40,597 nucleotides of DNA from a virus (Duplodnaviria; Caudoviricetes): IMG/VR virus record IMGVR_UViG_3300029156_000007, positions 1 through 40,597 of that record; one strand, 5' to 3'. The position numbers and the translations under genes were made by a program. This document shows, in pieces, positions 6,857 to 16,397 of the stretch. Position 1 is the first letter of the stretch. Each line of letters opens with the position of its first letter. Below the pieces are notes generated by a model. The model searched no databases. It was not told the origin of the DNA and saw only the letters and a list, made by a program, of their open reading frames with translations.

Positions 6857-7801
6857 GTGAGCGAAAAACCCTTTGATATCCGTACTCCATCGGCTCTGTT
6901 ACTGGCTTCATTCAAGCCTTTGACAAAGCTGGTATGGATAGCGGTTAGGAGTTATCAGGGTCAGGGCAAGTACTGCAAAGCAAGCCTCGAAACCATAGGC
7001 AAGCGCGTGATAAATCAGAAAGGAAATCCAACCGATAAAAGCCGCATTTCGGGCGCTATAAAGGAGCTTGAAAAGGCTGGATGGATAGAGGATATGGGGC
7101 GATTAAAACTACGCTGTTTAGTGCCTGAGAAAGTTGCGAAAACCGCAACAAACCCCGGTAACAGGAAGTTGCGAAAACCGCAACAAGTTGTTGCGAATCC
7201 AGCAACAAGTGACAAAACCCAAAGTTGCGAATCTAGCAACGGAAAGTTGCGAATCCAGCAACAGAAAGTTGCGAAATTCGCAACGCGTACTGAAAACCTA
7301 CTTCTAAAACCTACTTCTAAAACAAAAGATGGTGCTGCCCCTTTACTACAGAGTTTTAATCCTGATGAGGAGAGCGTTGAAAAACAACCTCAGAAATACG
7401 GCACCTCCCACCTCCATTTCTTAGCGGAAAAAGAAAGAGTTTACGAGCCATCAATTCTGGCAGCTCTCAAAGCCTATCCCCCGGACTTTATCCAGCAAGC
7501 ATTCATTGCCTTGATGAAGGGTAGTCACAGGGGCACGACGCCAACCGAATCACTACTTGCTCTCCGCGAAAAGCATGGGCACGTCAAGCTGATGGCGGCG
7601 CTGGTTCTCGGTGGCAACGAAGGCATCCGAGGCAACTCAAGCCTGAAGTTTCTGGCAGGGATTCTCAACACATGGGCGAAGGCGAAAGTTCAGCCCGGCA
7701 AATCAACTCCGACTTCTCAAAACCAGAACCAGACCTGGCAACCGGCAAAGCTCGATGACATGAGCTTTCTGGATGAACCAATTCAAACCCCGGCGAGGTA
7801 G
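6857..7801 (+). CDS. Replication initiator protein
   Basis: N-terminal wHTH (SLETIG…RISGAIKELEKAGWI), internal iteron array, C-terminal KFLAGILNTW DnaD-like motif. Confidence 0.8.
   Translation: MSEKPFDIRTPSALLLASFKPLTKLVWIAVRSYQGQGKYCKASLETIGKRVINQKGNPTDKSRISGAIKELEKAGWIEDMGRLKLRCLVPEKVAKTATNPGNRKLRKPQQVVANPATSDKTQSCESSNGKLRIQQQKVAKFATRTENLLLKPTSKTKDGAAPLLQSFNPDEESVEKQPQKYGTSHLHFLAEKERVYEPSILAALKAYPPDFIQQAFIALMKGSHRGTTPTESLLALREKHGHVKLMAALVLGGNEGIRGNSSLKFLAGILNTWAKAKVQPGKSTPTSQNQNQTWQPAKLDDMSFLDEPIQTPAR
7133..7328 (+). repeat. Replication origin: six palindromic iterons plus AT-rich direct repeat
   Basis: GTTGCGAA-N4-GCAAC at 7133, 7168, 7190, 7224, 7246, 7268, followed by AAAACCTACTTCT x2. 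Confidence 0.85.
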
Positions 7802-7806
7802 CCCCG

Positions 7807-8208
7807 ATGGAAGCAAGAAAACTAAACACGCAGTCGATAAGCGCAACGCTGCCAAGGGACCTTGAAGAACTTACAGCCGAGTTCACCAAGCACACCGTTG
7901 GCGAGTGGCACGAAGAGTTCAAGCGCAGGCTTGTTGACGATATCGAACGCGGAAGGCTGAACCCTGACAAGTGGTTCCTGCTTAGTCAGATCAACGGGCT
8001 TGCCATGCGCTACGGCTTCGCGGCAGAAGACGATTTGCAAATCGGGAAGGTGTCGGTGAAGGTGATGCAAAGTCAACACAACCTTGAGTTGAAAGCCGAT
8101 CCCGCGAATGGACCTGCAAGGAGCATGATTGCGGTTCGACTCAACCCGGACAAGTACGGGCACCTTGCCAGCATCTACGGCAGCAAGCGCATGAGGAAGC
8201 TGGTATGA
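7807..8208 (+). CDS. Hypothetical protein
   Basis: 133 aa directly after the initiator; ATGA-coupled downstream. Confidence 0.6.
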   Translation: MEARKLNTQSISATLPRDLEELTAEFTKHTVGEWHEEFKRRLVDDIERGRLNPDKWFLLSQINGLAMRYGFAAEDDLQIGKVSVKVMQSQHNLELKADPANGPARSMIAVRLNPDKYGHLASIYGSKRMRKLV

Positions 8209-8468
8209 GCACCCCTGCCCCATACAGCGCCGGTATCTGGCACAAAGCCCGGCTCGATCTAGCGGGGTTCATGCGATGCGAAGGCCGGATGATACCGGAG
8301 GACGTGAAGCAGTTCGCCCGGTGGCTGTACGGGACTGAGTACCTTTGCAAGCACCATAGCCCGCCGTGGTCAACGAAGGCCCCGGAGTACGTGCAAGACA
8401 TTTACCGCTTCCTGGCTCAGGCCGGGGCGATGTTAGAACAACCAACTGAACAACGGAAAGCAGCATGA
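8205..8468 (+). CDS. Hypothetical protein
   Basis: ATGA-coupled on both sides. Confidence 0.6.
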   Translation: MSTPAPYSAGIWHKARLDLAGFMRCEGRMIPEDVKQFARWLYGTEYLCKHHSPPWSTKAPEYVQDIYRFLAQAGAMLEQPTEQRKAA

Positions 8469-8827
8469 GAACACAAGTTTTAATCAACCCCGGATCTGGA
8501 CCCCTGACAGAAGGCACGCTGGAACAGGCGTGGGTTTTGGCTAAAGATTGGCTTGCCATGATGGAAGCTCACCACGTACACGACGTGCAAATCGTTGGGG
8601 AGCCGGAGTATGACGGTAAAGGCCGATGGGCGTTTGTTTTCGAGCACAAGATCACCGGAGTTCACAAGATTCTCGAAACACACGGACTGACTGACGAGCA
8701 GGCAAAGGAATACATGTTCTACCCCCGGACGTATTGGGATGGATCATCGACCGGCACACCTGACCCGGAGACATTCCTAGCCCCTGGCTATCGGCTTCAG
8801 ATCGTGAAAGACGAGGAGGCAGCATGA
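8465..8827 (+). CDS. Hypothetical protein
   Basis: ATGA-coupled on both sides. Confidence 0.65.
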   Translation: MRTQVLINPGSGPLTEGTLEQAWVLAKDWLAMMEAHHVHDVQIVGEPEYDGKGRWAFVFEHKITGVHKILETHGLTDEQAKEYMFYPRTYWDGSSTGTPDPETFLAPGYRLQIVKDEEAA

Positions 8828-9138
8828 CAAGCACACAGCTAAGAGCAGCAACCCGAAGGAATGCAAACAAGAAGGCGGCAGCGGATGCCCGACGCGCCGA
8901 AAACGTGAGCATGGCCGAAGCGATGAATATCACCTTCGTACGGGATCGGCGCAGCATTTGGCCCTTCCGTCTCGACAATGGCCGCGTGGTGCATTTCTAC
9001 CCAAGGCAAAACGAATGGATCATGAGCCGGGGCAAAGGGCAGCCTACCAACTGGCAGCGGTGGCACGGTGACTTTCTCGCCTTCACTGCCTGGATGGATC
9101 TTGCCAACGCGGTACATGCCAAGACAGAGGCGATATGA
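8824..9138 (+). CDS. Hypothetical protein
   Basis: GGAGG RBS; ATGA-coupled. Confidence 0.6.
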   Translation: MTSTQLRAATRRNANKKAAADARRAENVSMAEAMNITFVRDRRSIWPFRLDNGRVVHFYPRQNEWIMSRGKGQPTNWQRWHGDFLAFTAWMDLANAVHAKTEAI

Positions 9139-9452
9139 GCAAGACGCAAACATACCGGCTTTACATACACGGCGAACCGCAGCCCGATTACGCCCCGTTC
9201 ACGGCACGCGGCGCGAAGCTGGCTAACGAGGTGAACAACCAGCCGGGAAACTGGCAGGGCTACGAGTGGCGACGTGAAGACCGCAAGCACACAAGGCAGT
9301 TCGACGTGCAGAGCGTGAACGGCACCCGGCAGACGTTCGCCAGCTTCGCCGCCTTCAATGCGCACCTGGAAGCTGGAGGGCTGGCCGATGGCAGGCGCCA
9401 GTCGGTCGAATACATCAATTCACAATCTAAGCCAGTGAGGTTAGCAGCGTGA
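9135..9452 (+). CDS. Hypothetical protein
   Basis: GAGG RBS; ATGA-coupled. Confidence 0.6.
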   Translation: MSKTQTYRLYIHGEPQPDYAPFTARGAKLANEVNNQPGNWQGYEWRREDRKHTRQFDVQSVNGTRQTFASFAAFNAHLEAGGLADGRRQSVEYINSQSKPVRLAA

Positions 9453-10063
9453 TACAGCAAGACTTATTCCCGGTAGCCCCGAAGGGCGTGCCAAAGAACC
9501 GCAAATACGATCACGTTAAGCCGATTTTGCTTCAGTTGCGACGTGACAACAGAGACCTATCAGCGCCAAAGCTGATAGCCATCATGCAAAAAATGGGTGT
9601 CTCGCCCTTACCGGTGACACAAACCATTTCCGTCTGGTGCAGAGAGGCGGGTATGCCAATAACTCATAATCCAAGCATATTCCCCAAGGAACTCAAGGAG
9701 CGGGTCATATCGCTTCGCCTTTCCGGGCTCAGTCACGGCGAGGTGTGCGCAATACTCGAAAAGGATCTTGACAACTGCCCCCCTAGAAACTGGATCACTG
9801 GCGTTTACTCGGTCTACACGAGAAAACAAAGGCAGATGCGCCCGGTGAAGCTGCCAGCAGCCAAGCAGGTGGAAAACCTGCTGCGCAAAGGCGTGATCGG
9901 AATCAACGAAGCCTGGGACGCCCTGACGGAACGCGGCATGGATGAGGATAAAGCCCTTGCATGGGTCATGAAGCGCTTTACCGGCGGGGATGGCAAGATC
10001 ATGAACGAATCGGTCGGCTCCGGCAAAACCTTTGACATTGCACAGCGGAGGTGGGCAGCATGA
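9449..10063 (+). CDS. Multi-HTH DNA-binding protein
   Basis: HTH-like segments LSAPKLIAIM…TQTISVW and FPKELKERVISLRLSGLSHGEVCAIL. Confidence 0.55.
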   Translation: MIQQDLFPVAPKGVPKNRKYDHVKPILLQLRRDNRDLSAPKLIAIMQKMGVSPLPVTQTISVWCREAGMPITHNPSIFPKELKERVISLRLSGLSHGEVCAILEKDLDNCPPRNWITGVYSVYTRKQRQMRPVKLPAAKQVENLLRKGVIGINEAWDALTERGMDEDKALAWVMKRFTGGDGKIMNESVGSGKTFDIAQRRWAA

Positions 10064-10284
10064 GACGACCCGACCGCAGATACTGGCAGCATCGCCGTGC
10101 GGCTATGTACGTGCTGCACGATAGCGGCAGATACACGCAACAGGATATCGCCGATCTGGTGGGGCTAGACCGCACGACGGTAGCCTACCATCTGAACCGG
10201 CGCACATTTGCACCGCGTCAGGTGCTCTTTGGCGTGCCGTCACGGATCAACGCGGATATGCAAGTATGGAGGGTAGCGGCATGA
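10060..10284 (+). CDS. Small HTH protein
   Basis: GRYTQQDIADLVGLDRTTVAYHL classic HTH; start placed at the ATGA overlap. Confidence 0.7.
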   Translation: MRRPDRRYWQHRRAAMYVLHDSGRYTQQDIADLVGLDRTTVAYHLNRRTFAPRQVLFGVPSRINADMQVWRVAA

Positions 10285-10379
10285 GTGATCTGATAATCCC
10301 CGGCATATTCGGCGTGCTGGTTCTCCTCGTGCTAGGGTTCATCGTTGACGAATGGATCAAGAGCCGGAGGCAGTCATGA
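10281..10379 (+). CDS. 32-aa single-TM micropeptide
   Basis: MSDLIIPGIFGVLVLLVLGFIVDEWIKSRRQS; ATGA-coupled at both ends. Confidence 0.6.
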   Translation: MSDLIIPGIFGVLVLLVLGFIVDEWIKSRRQS

Positions 10380-11206
10380 GCGCAAATCCTACACGCCCGG
10401 TTATGAGATACTTCGGCGGCAAATGGCGCATAGCCCCCTGGATCATTTCGCACTTTCCGCCCCACCGGGTTTACACGGAGGTTTTTGGCGGTGCCGCATC
10501 GGTGCTCATGCGCAAGCAACGAAGTGAGGTTGAGGTTTACAACGACCTGGATCAGCAGGTCGTCAACCTGTTTCGGGTACTACGAGATGATAGTACCGAA
10601 CTTGAACGGTTATTAGGATACACCCCCTACAGTCGGGACGAGTACGTGCTTTCACAAGTTCCTGCGAATGATCCGATTGAGCAAGCCCGGCGTACGCTTG
10701 TAGCCTATTGGTTTTCAATGTCTACAGATTCCTCAAAAAACCCACCAGGTTCTATTGGTGGGTTTCGGTCATACTCCGGCCGCAATCTGGCAAAAGAATG
10801 GGTAGGTGTTTTGGATACAATTACACACATATCCGAGAGGCTAAGGCTAGTTTACATAGAAAACGATGATGCGGTCTCTGTGCTCCTTCGCAATGATTAC
10901 CCGGACGCGCTTCACTACGTAGACCCGCCATATGCACCAAGCACACGAAGCTCAGGCGGATACCGGCACGACATGCAGGAATCAGAACACGAAGCACTAG
11001 CCGCCGCACTTCATCAGCTCGAGGGGATGGTGATCCTTAGCGGGTACGATTGCCCGATGTACGCGGAGCTTTTCCCCGATTGGCACCGGGTAGACCTTCA
11101 AACCATCGCCGATAGCAGGCGAGGACGTACGGAATCGCTCTGGCTTAACCCGGCTGCACAGGCGAAGCAGCCGCAGCCGGATTTGTTCGCGGAGGTGCAG
11201 TCATGA
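10376..11206 (+). CDS. Dam-like (D12 class) DNA adenine methyltransferase
   Basis: YFGGK…YTEVFGGAASV…YNDLD…YVDPPY; start reassigned to 10376 (GGAGG RBS, ATGA overlap). Confidence 0.9.
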   Translation: MSANPTRPVMRYFGGKWRIAPWIISHFPPHRVYTEVFGGAASVLMRKQRSEVEVYNDLDQQVVNLFRVLRDDSTELERLLGYTPYSRDEYVLSQVPANDPIEQARRTLVAYWFSMSTDSSKNPPGSIGGFRSYSGRNLAKEWVGVLDTITHISERLRLVYIENDDAVSVLLRNDYPDALHYVDPPYAPSTRSSGGYRHDMQESEHEALAAALHQLEGMVILSGYDCPMYAELFPDWHRVDLQTIADSRRGRTESLWLNPAAQAKQPQPDLFAEVQS

Positions 11207-11460
11207 GCGGATGGACAAGCGCACAGTTCGCCGAATCCGGGCATGTGGATGAGAGTACTGCACATGTTTTTAACACTAAAACATATGTGCAAGTCCTTGT
11301 TTTTTTGTATCTTACGGGTGCACATACGTGCCCCGCGTGGAACCGGGTAATCAGGTATAGTATTTACTCGAATGCCCTTGTCGGCATGTCGTGGCAGGTG
11401 GGTTCCCTGAACCCCGTTCCAACTGTTACGGTGTCGGCAAGGGCATTTCCATTTTACAAA

Positions 11461-11931
11461 ATGGCAACTCTCAAGAGAACACATCTGGCGCTGTATGGTG
11501 GCGTCGCACTTGTACGGGGATTCTGCCCCGAATGCGAAACAACAGCAATCGTGATTGATGGTCGGCTAAAGTGTTGCGGCCTCCCGTTCAGTAAAGAGCC
11601 AAAGGAAATCAAACGGATCTGCACCCCTGATGGAAGCCGCAGGCTTTCGGCCAAGGTCAAGAAGGAAATCCTTCAACAACAAGACTACCGATGCGCCTAT
11701 TGCTGGAAGCCTTTTGGTGACTACGTGAAGCGAAAGGGAAGGATGGTTAAGCTGGTGGTTCATTTCGATCATCAAATCCCATTTTCCTACGTGCGAGAAA
11801 CCAAAGCTCACAACATCTTGGCGGCCTGCCATGTGTGCAATGGCCTGAAGTCAGATCACATCTTTCAAACCCTCGATGACGTGAGGATTTTCCTCATCGA
11901 CAGACGAGCAGAAAAAGGCTACGACTTCTGA
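11461..11931 (+). CDS. HNH endonuclease with zinc ribbon
   Basis: CPEC…CC, CAYC…DHQIP…NILAACHVCNGLK; the upstream in-frame part (11203-11460) looks like promoter/structured leader. Confidence 0.8.
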   Translation: MATLKRTHLALYGGVALVRGFCPECETTAIVIDGRLKCCGLPFSKEPKEIKRICTPDGSRRLSAKVKKEILQQQDYRCAYCWKPFGDYVKRKGRMVKLVVHFDHQIPFSYVRETKAHNILAACHVCNGLKSDHIFQTLDDVRIFLIDRRAEKGYDF

Positions 11932-12512
11932 TGGAATCATGGAAGCTAAACGATCTACCTGCGCACATCAAAGCGCAGGTAGATCAACAACTAAATGGAA
12001 AATCAAATATTTCGCAGGGCGCGAGAGCGATGGGTGATTCAATGAAGTTTACTGATGAACACCCTTGCGCCCCGTACAGCGAACGTCAGGCGGCAATAAC
12101 GAGGCGTGAACAGTATCTGCAAGACCAGCAGCGCACGCAAGTTCTCATCATACCGGATATCGGCCCCTCGCTGAACGAGTACGACAGAATGCACCAGTAC
12201 AAGCGGGCAAGCCTTCACAAGCGCTGGCATTCGATGGTGAAACGTGAGGCGAAGGAGCAGGGAATCAGGGCTGTCCAGCAGTACCCGGCGCTGGTGTCTG
12301 TGGAGTGTTATTTCGGCCCCGGTCGGACGCGCTTCGATTGGGATAACCTCTCCCCTACGGCGAAGATGATTCAGGACGGGCTGGTGCATGCTGGTATCCT
12401 GAAAAACGACTCGCCAAAGTACACGCAAGGCGACGGCATGAAGTCATTTAGGACGGATAAGCCGAGCTACACACTTTTTACGATTCAAGAACAACTCAAC
12501 CCCGACAGGTAA
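11931..12512 (+). CDS. RusA-like Holliday junction resolvase
   Basis: PSLNEY…DWDNL…KMIQDGLVHAGILKNDS. Confidence 0.8.
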   Translation: MESWKLNDLPAHIKAQVDQQLNGKSNISQGARAMGDSMKFTDEHPCAPYSERQAAITRREQYLQDQQRTQVLIIPDIGPSLNEYDRMHQYKRASLHKRWHSMVKREAKEQGIRAVQQYPALVSVECYFGPGRTRFDWDNLSPTAKMIQDGLVHAGILKNDSPKYTQGDGMKSFRTDKPSYTLFTIQEQLNPDR

Positions 12513-12516
12513 CAGG

Positions 12517-13392
12517 ATGGAAGTCTTAGTCAAAAAATCACCTAAAAAGCAATCTCAAAAAATCGTAACTAACTCAGGTATTGAGTGGTTAGGCCCAAAG
12601 GAAGCAGCAAAAATGTTGTCCCAAAAATCGGGCACAGGAATACACCAAAGGCCATTATCAGATGCCAATGTCAACCTATTGTCCGATCAGATGGAGAAGG
12701 GTAAGTGGTCATTGCAATATGAGCCAATTATCGTATCGGAATTTGGGTTTGTAATGGATGGTCAGCATAGGCTTCAGGCGATTATAAAATCAAATACAAC
12801 CCAACAGTTCTTGGTGGTCAGAAACGCAGAGGAATCAGTGATGCCAAAAATAGGAATTGGCTCGAAGCGGAAAAGCTCTGATGTCCTTGCGATGAATGGC
12901 TATTTGAACTCCAAGTGCCTTTCTGCGGTGCTGACAATTATTTGGAAGTACTACACCAAGGGTGGGTTGCTCGGTCGTACTGGTGCGAAGCAGGAAAGGC
13001 CAAGAGAGTATGAATACCTTGAACTAGCAGATGAGTACAAAGGTGCTATTCAGGCCACATCGTATGCCGTTGGTCATAAGTGTCCATTCCTGCCACAGTC
13101 AGAGGTTGGGGCACTATGGTACATAACAGGAGAGGTAGATAAGGACTGTCGCAACGTCTTCTTTGCTAAGCTCATATCAGGTATCAACCTAGTCGCGGAC
13201 GACCCCGTCCATTTGCTGAGAGAGAAACTCATAAAGATACAGCTACAAAAAAAACAGAGAGGCTTATATACTGCATACAAGCGTGCAGATCGGATGGCGC
13301 TGGTAATTAAGGCATGGAATGCAATGAGGTCAGGCAGAACCATCAAGACGCTGTACTTCCGTAGTGGCGAGAAGTATCCAGAAGCCATTTAG
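12517..13392 (+). CDS. ParB-like DGQHR-domain protein
   Basis: QRPLS…M…GKW…EPII…MDGQHRLQAI. Confidence 0.75.
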   Translation: MEVLVKKSPKKQSQKIVTNSGIEWLGPKEAAKMLSQKSGTGIHQRPLSDANVNLLSDQMEKGKWSLQYEPIIVSEFGFVMDGQHRLQAIIKSNTTQQFLVVRNAEESVMPKIGIGSKRKSSDVLAMNGYLNSKCLSAVLTIIWKYYTKGGLLGRTGAKQERPREYEYLELADEYKGAIQATSYAVGHKCPFLPQSEVGALWYITGEVDKDCRNVFFAKLISGINLVADDPVHLLREKLIKIQLQKKQRGLYTAYKRADRMALVIKAWNAMRSGRTIKTLYFRSGEKYPEAI

Positions 13393-13458
13393 CGGCAAGC
13401 GGCCTAACACAACCAACCGGGCGGCATCCGTGGGGGTGCCGCCGCTAATGAGGGAGAT

Positions 13459-13686
13459 ATGAGAGACCTATTCGGCACAGTAATCAATCAATTCTACTTC
13501 ATCGCTCCGGGGTGGGACTTCTGCGTCCTGGTGGAGACGACGGGCAACGAGTTCGACGCGATAAAGGCAACCGCTGATATCCTGCCCCCGAAAGCAGCGC
13601 CGTACGAGAACCTGGAGTGCAAGACCCTGAAGGGCAAGCGGGTTATTTCAATTGAGCAATTCAAAGTGATGGAGGCAGCGCAATGA
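13459..13686 (+). CDS. Hypothetical protein
   Basis: GGGAG RBS, 75 aa. Confidence 0.55.
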   Translation: MRDLFGTVINQFYFIAPGWDFCVLVETTGNEFDAIKATADILPPKAAPYENLECKTLKGKRVISIEQFKVMEAAQ

Positions 13687-13755
13687 ACGAAGTAATCGTG
13701 ATGCGCGATGATGACGACGATGATATCGACCGGGGGCCGGGAGAATAACGGATAG

Positions 13756-14031
13756 GTGGAGTATGTAACCGTACATAGCGACCTTTTGCGCGATCTAATA
13801 AGGAAGATCGACGACTTGCAGACAAACGTAAATGCTCTGCATAAACGCCTCGGCACGTCCGTACTTAGCCGCAAGCAGTTCGCCGAGGAACTTGGCAAAT
13901 CCCCGCGCACCATCTCCAGGTGGATTGCAGATGGTAAGGTGTTTCCCATAAATTCAACGGGCCGCCCGCAGTTCGATATCGACGAGCTGAACCGGGTAAA
14001 GGGAAAGCTAAAAATGGAAATTGACCTATGA
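13756..14031 (+). CDS. Excisionase-like HTH protein
   Basis: LSRKQFAEELGKSPRTISRWIADGK…RPQFDIDEL; ATGA-coupled to the integrase. Confidence 0.75.
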   Translation: MEYVTVHSDLLRDLIRKIDDLQTNVNALHKRLGTSVLSRKQFAEELGKSPRTISRWIADGKVFPINSTGRPQFDIDELNRVKGKLKMEIDL

Positions 14032-15311
14032 AGGGACTGCGTGAACACCCGCCGGGATCAGGGCAATGGGAACTATCATTTTACGACAAGACGAAAAAGC
14101 CCACCCGGAAGTACATCCGATTCAAGGCACCAGACGAGACCGCTGCCATCCTAAAGGCTGCTGATTACGTAAAGTCTTACCAGATAGGCAACTTCGATCC
14201 GTGGAGTAGCGCCATTGATGACATCGAACATGCGACAATGGCATATCTCAAAGCCCATAGGCACCAGCGGCCAAACACCATCAAGAATAAGGTTAGCCTA
14301 CTACGCCGCTTTGTCGGCTTTCTCACTGATAGGTCATTCAGGAATATTAATACAGACACAATAGCTAGATTCATGGCAACGGGGCGTAAGGCGAGCACGC
14401 AGGATGTGCAGTCGATGGCCCTGAATGGATTCTTTAAATGGTGCATAGACGAGGGGTATACCAAAAAGAACCCCGTTGCCGAATGGCGCAAGCGTTCAGG
14501 GATCAGCGGCAAGAGGCAAAGCGATAAAGAAGGATTAACGATTGAGCAAGCTGTGCAAATGATTGGTGTCTGCTCCGGCATGGAAAACTATTTCCCTGCT
14601 CTCCTGGAACTGGCATTCTGTACCGGACTTCGTAAAAGTGAGTTGATATCGCTTAATATCAGGGACGTACAACTAAACGGGCGGGGCGGCTCGATCCACA
14701 TACGCGAATGGGTACATCCGCAAACAGGCAAGCATTACGTACCAAAGTCAACGCCCCGCGTCGTTCCGCTTGTGCCGCGTGCCTCTGCCCTACTCTCTCG
14801 CCTGATTGACGACCTGGCTACAGATGACCCCTGGCAGCGGCTATTTGGTGCCGCATCAGACAGCAGACTGGAAGTACCAGAGAACAGTCCGTCAAATTAC
14901 TTTAGGGATCACCGCCCGCTTATTGGCCTTGGGCCATCTTACACGTTCCACAGCACGCGACACAGCTTCCTTACGTGGCTTATCATGTGCAGCGTTGACC
15001 CGTACGCCGTGCAGGACATCGCAGGACATGCTGACCTGACGACGCAGCAAAGGTACGTACACTTCTCCCGCGTCATGCTATCAGGCGGCGCATCAAAGGC
15101 CCGCCGTGATATTGTGGCGTTCCTCTGCCCCGGCGCTAGCCCTGAAGCGTTATCGGTTGCATTCCCTGATTCGTCTAGCTGGTACGGATCTGCCGTGAGC
15201 GGTTCGCGGCTTGACATCCTGGATATACTCTTTGGCGGCCTGCTCTATGACGAGGAACTGCTACAGGCATTTAAACGGGCAGACATGCGCCGTAGTGCTG
15301 ACAGGAATTAG
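14028..15311 (+). CDS. Tyrosine recombinase (integrase)
   Basis: TGLRKSEL, PKS…R, FHSTRH, AGHADLTTQQRY catalytic residues. Confidence 0.92.
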   Translation: MKGLREHPPGSGQWELSFYDKTKKPTRKYIRFKAPDETAAILKAADYVKSYQIGNFDPWSSAIDDIEHATMAYLKAHRHQRPNTIKNKVSLLRRFVGFLTDRSFRNINTDTIARFMATGRKASTQDVQSMALNGFFKWCIDEGYTKKNPVAEWRKRSGISGKRQSDKEGLTIEQAVQMIGVCSGMENYFPALLELAFCTGLRKSELISLNIRDVQLNGRGGSIHIREWVHPQTGKHYVPKSTPRVVPLVPRASALLSRLIDDLATDDPWQRLFGAASDSRLEVPENSPSNYFRDHRPLIGLGPSYTFHSTRHSFLTWLIMCSVDPYAVQDIAGHADLTTQQRYVHFSRVMLSGGASKARRDIVAFLCPGASPEALSVAFPDSSSWYGSAVSGSRLDILDILFGGLLYDEELLQAFKRADMRRSADRN

Positions 15312-15349
15312 TCGTTATAAATTTATTTCAATTATTTTAGCTCTACCCC

Positions 15350-15378
15350 TTGACTTTCGCCTGTCAATGTAATATATT
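15350..15378 (+). promoter_or_regulatory. Sigma70-like promoter with TTGAC-N8-GTCAA palindrome
   Basis: TTGACT-17 nt-TATATT in an AT-rich gap after the integrase. Confidence 0.65.
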
Positions 15379-15392
15379 TATTACAGACGATA

Positions 15393-15674
15393 ATGAAACG
15401 CAAAACGGATAAAACGATGACGATTACTAAAAGCGAAATTACTTTTCACAAAGAAAAAGCTGCTGGTTACATCTTGGCATTCACTCTGGAAAATGGCAAA
15501 GATGTTAAAATATGGAAGTCGTATGTAACCGGATTCTTTACCGTTTATTATGGCCGCGATGCTAAGTGGGGCAAGACTTTTAGAAACCCTGATGAAATGA
15601 TGAGACACTACAAGTCCCTGCGGTCGGTCATGTATTTAGCCCTTCAAGAAATCAACTCAGTAATCGTAGCATGA
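15393..15674 (+). CDS. Hypothetical protein (AT-rich, own promoter)
   Basis: 93 aa directly after the promoter; ATGA-coupled downstream. Confidence 0.6.
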   Translation: MKRKTDKTMTITKSEITFHKEKAAGYILAFTLENGKDVKIWKSYVTGFFTVYYGRDAKWGKTFRNPDEMMRHYKSLRSVMYLALQEINSVIVA

Positions 15675-15904
15675 AAACAACCGACCTATACAACGCCGCC
15701 GGATGCAACGCTGTACAGTATGCAGTGGACTCCGGGGCGTACCCCTCGGTTCAGGCATGGGAGACGGCAAAGACGCGGGATTCTGATATCCCGGCTGATC
15801 GGCTGAGTATGATGCTCGATAAGATGATAGAGCACCGGGACCGGCTTAACGTGCTGATACGCAAGACACGAAAAGTTTGTGGTAAGAATAGCGGCAAGGA
15901 TTAG
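15671..15904 (+). CDS. Hypothetical protein
   Basis: 77 aa, coupled to the upstream gene. Confidence 0.55.
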   Translation: MKTTDLYNAAGCNAVQYAVDSGAYPSVQAWETAKTRDSDIPADRLSMMLDKMIEHRDRLNVLIRKTRKVCGKNSGKD

Positions 15905-16133
15905 CATAAACGGCCTATACGATCAGGAAACGCGGCTTTTGCGTCGTTTACATATTTCGCATTAAAATCGGCTATATGTGCGCCGATCTGCTTAAACCGC
16001 CCTTCTGATAGTCTAAAGGCCATTTCTTCAACTTTATGTGTCCACATGTGCAGGACAAAGACAGACGTTTTATGTGGTGCATTTGTGGTAAGGCATATCA
16101 AAACCGCCCCACGGGGCAAGCGAGGTAAGGAGT

Positions 16134-16397
16134 ATGATGTACGACGTTCAGTTATTAGGGAACATGCATCACGGAGGCCGCCCCGGATACAGGCAGGAGG
16201 TTCGCACTATGCTTGGTGATGAGCATATGGGCAGTCAGTTTACGACGGTGGTTCCGGGTGATGGGCCGGACGCATGTAATCACCTGGTACTATCTCGCAC
16301 GGTTAATGCTGATACGGCATCCGGGGCTATGCGGAAATTCCGGCAGTGGCAAGAGGAAGGTCTGCCAGAATCATTTCTGACCAGCGTGCCAGCATGA
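16134..16397 (+). CDS. Hypothetical protein
   Basis: TAAGGAG RBS. Confidence 0.6.
   Translation: MMYDVQLLGNMHHGGRPGYRQEVRTMLGDEHMGSQFTTVVPGDGPDACNHLVLSRTVNADTASGAMRKFRQWQEEGLPESFLTSVPA

Noticed and set aside
7133-7284. Repeat array as CRISPR
   Set aside because: 17-bp repeats with 5-18 bp gaps inside a replication gene; these are iterons and no cas genes are present
13244-13312. A8 run in the DGQHR gene as a further frameshift site
   Set aside because: The -1 frame stops after about 18 codons with no recognisable domain, and the 0 frame is intact
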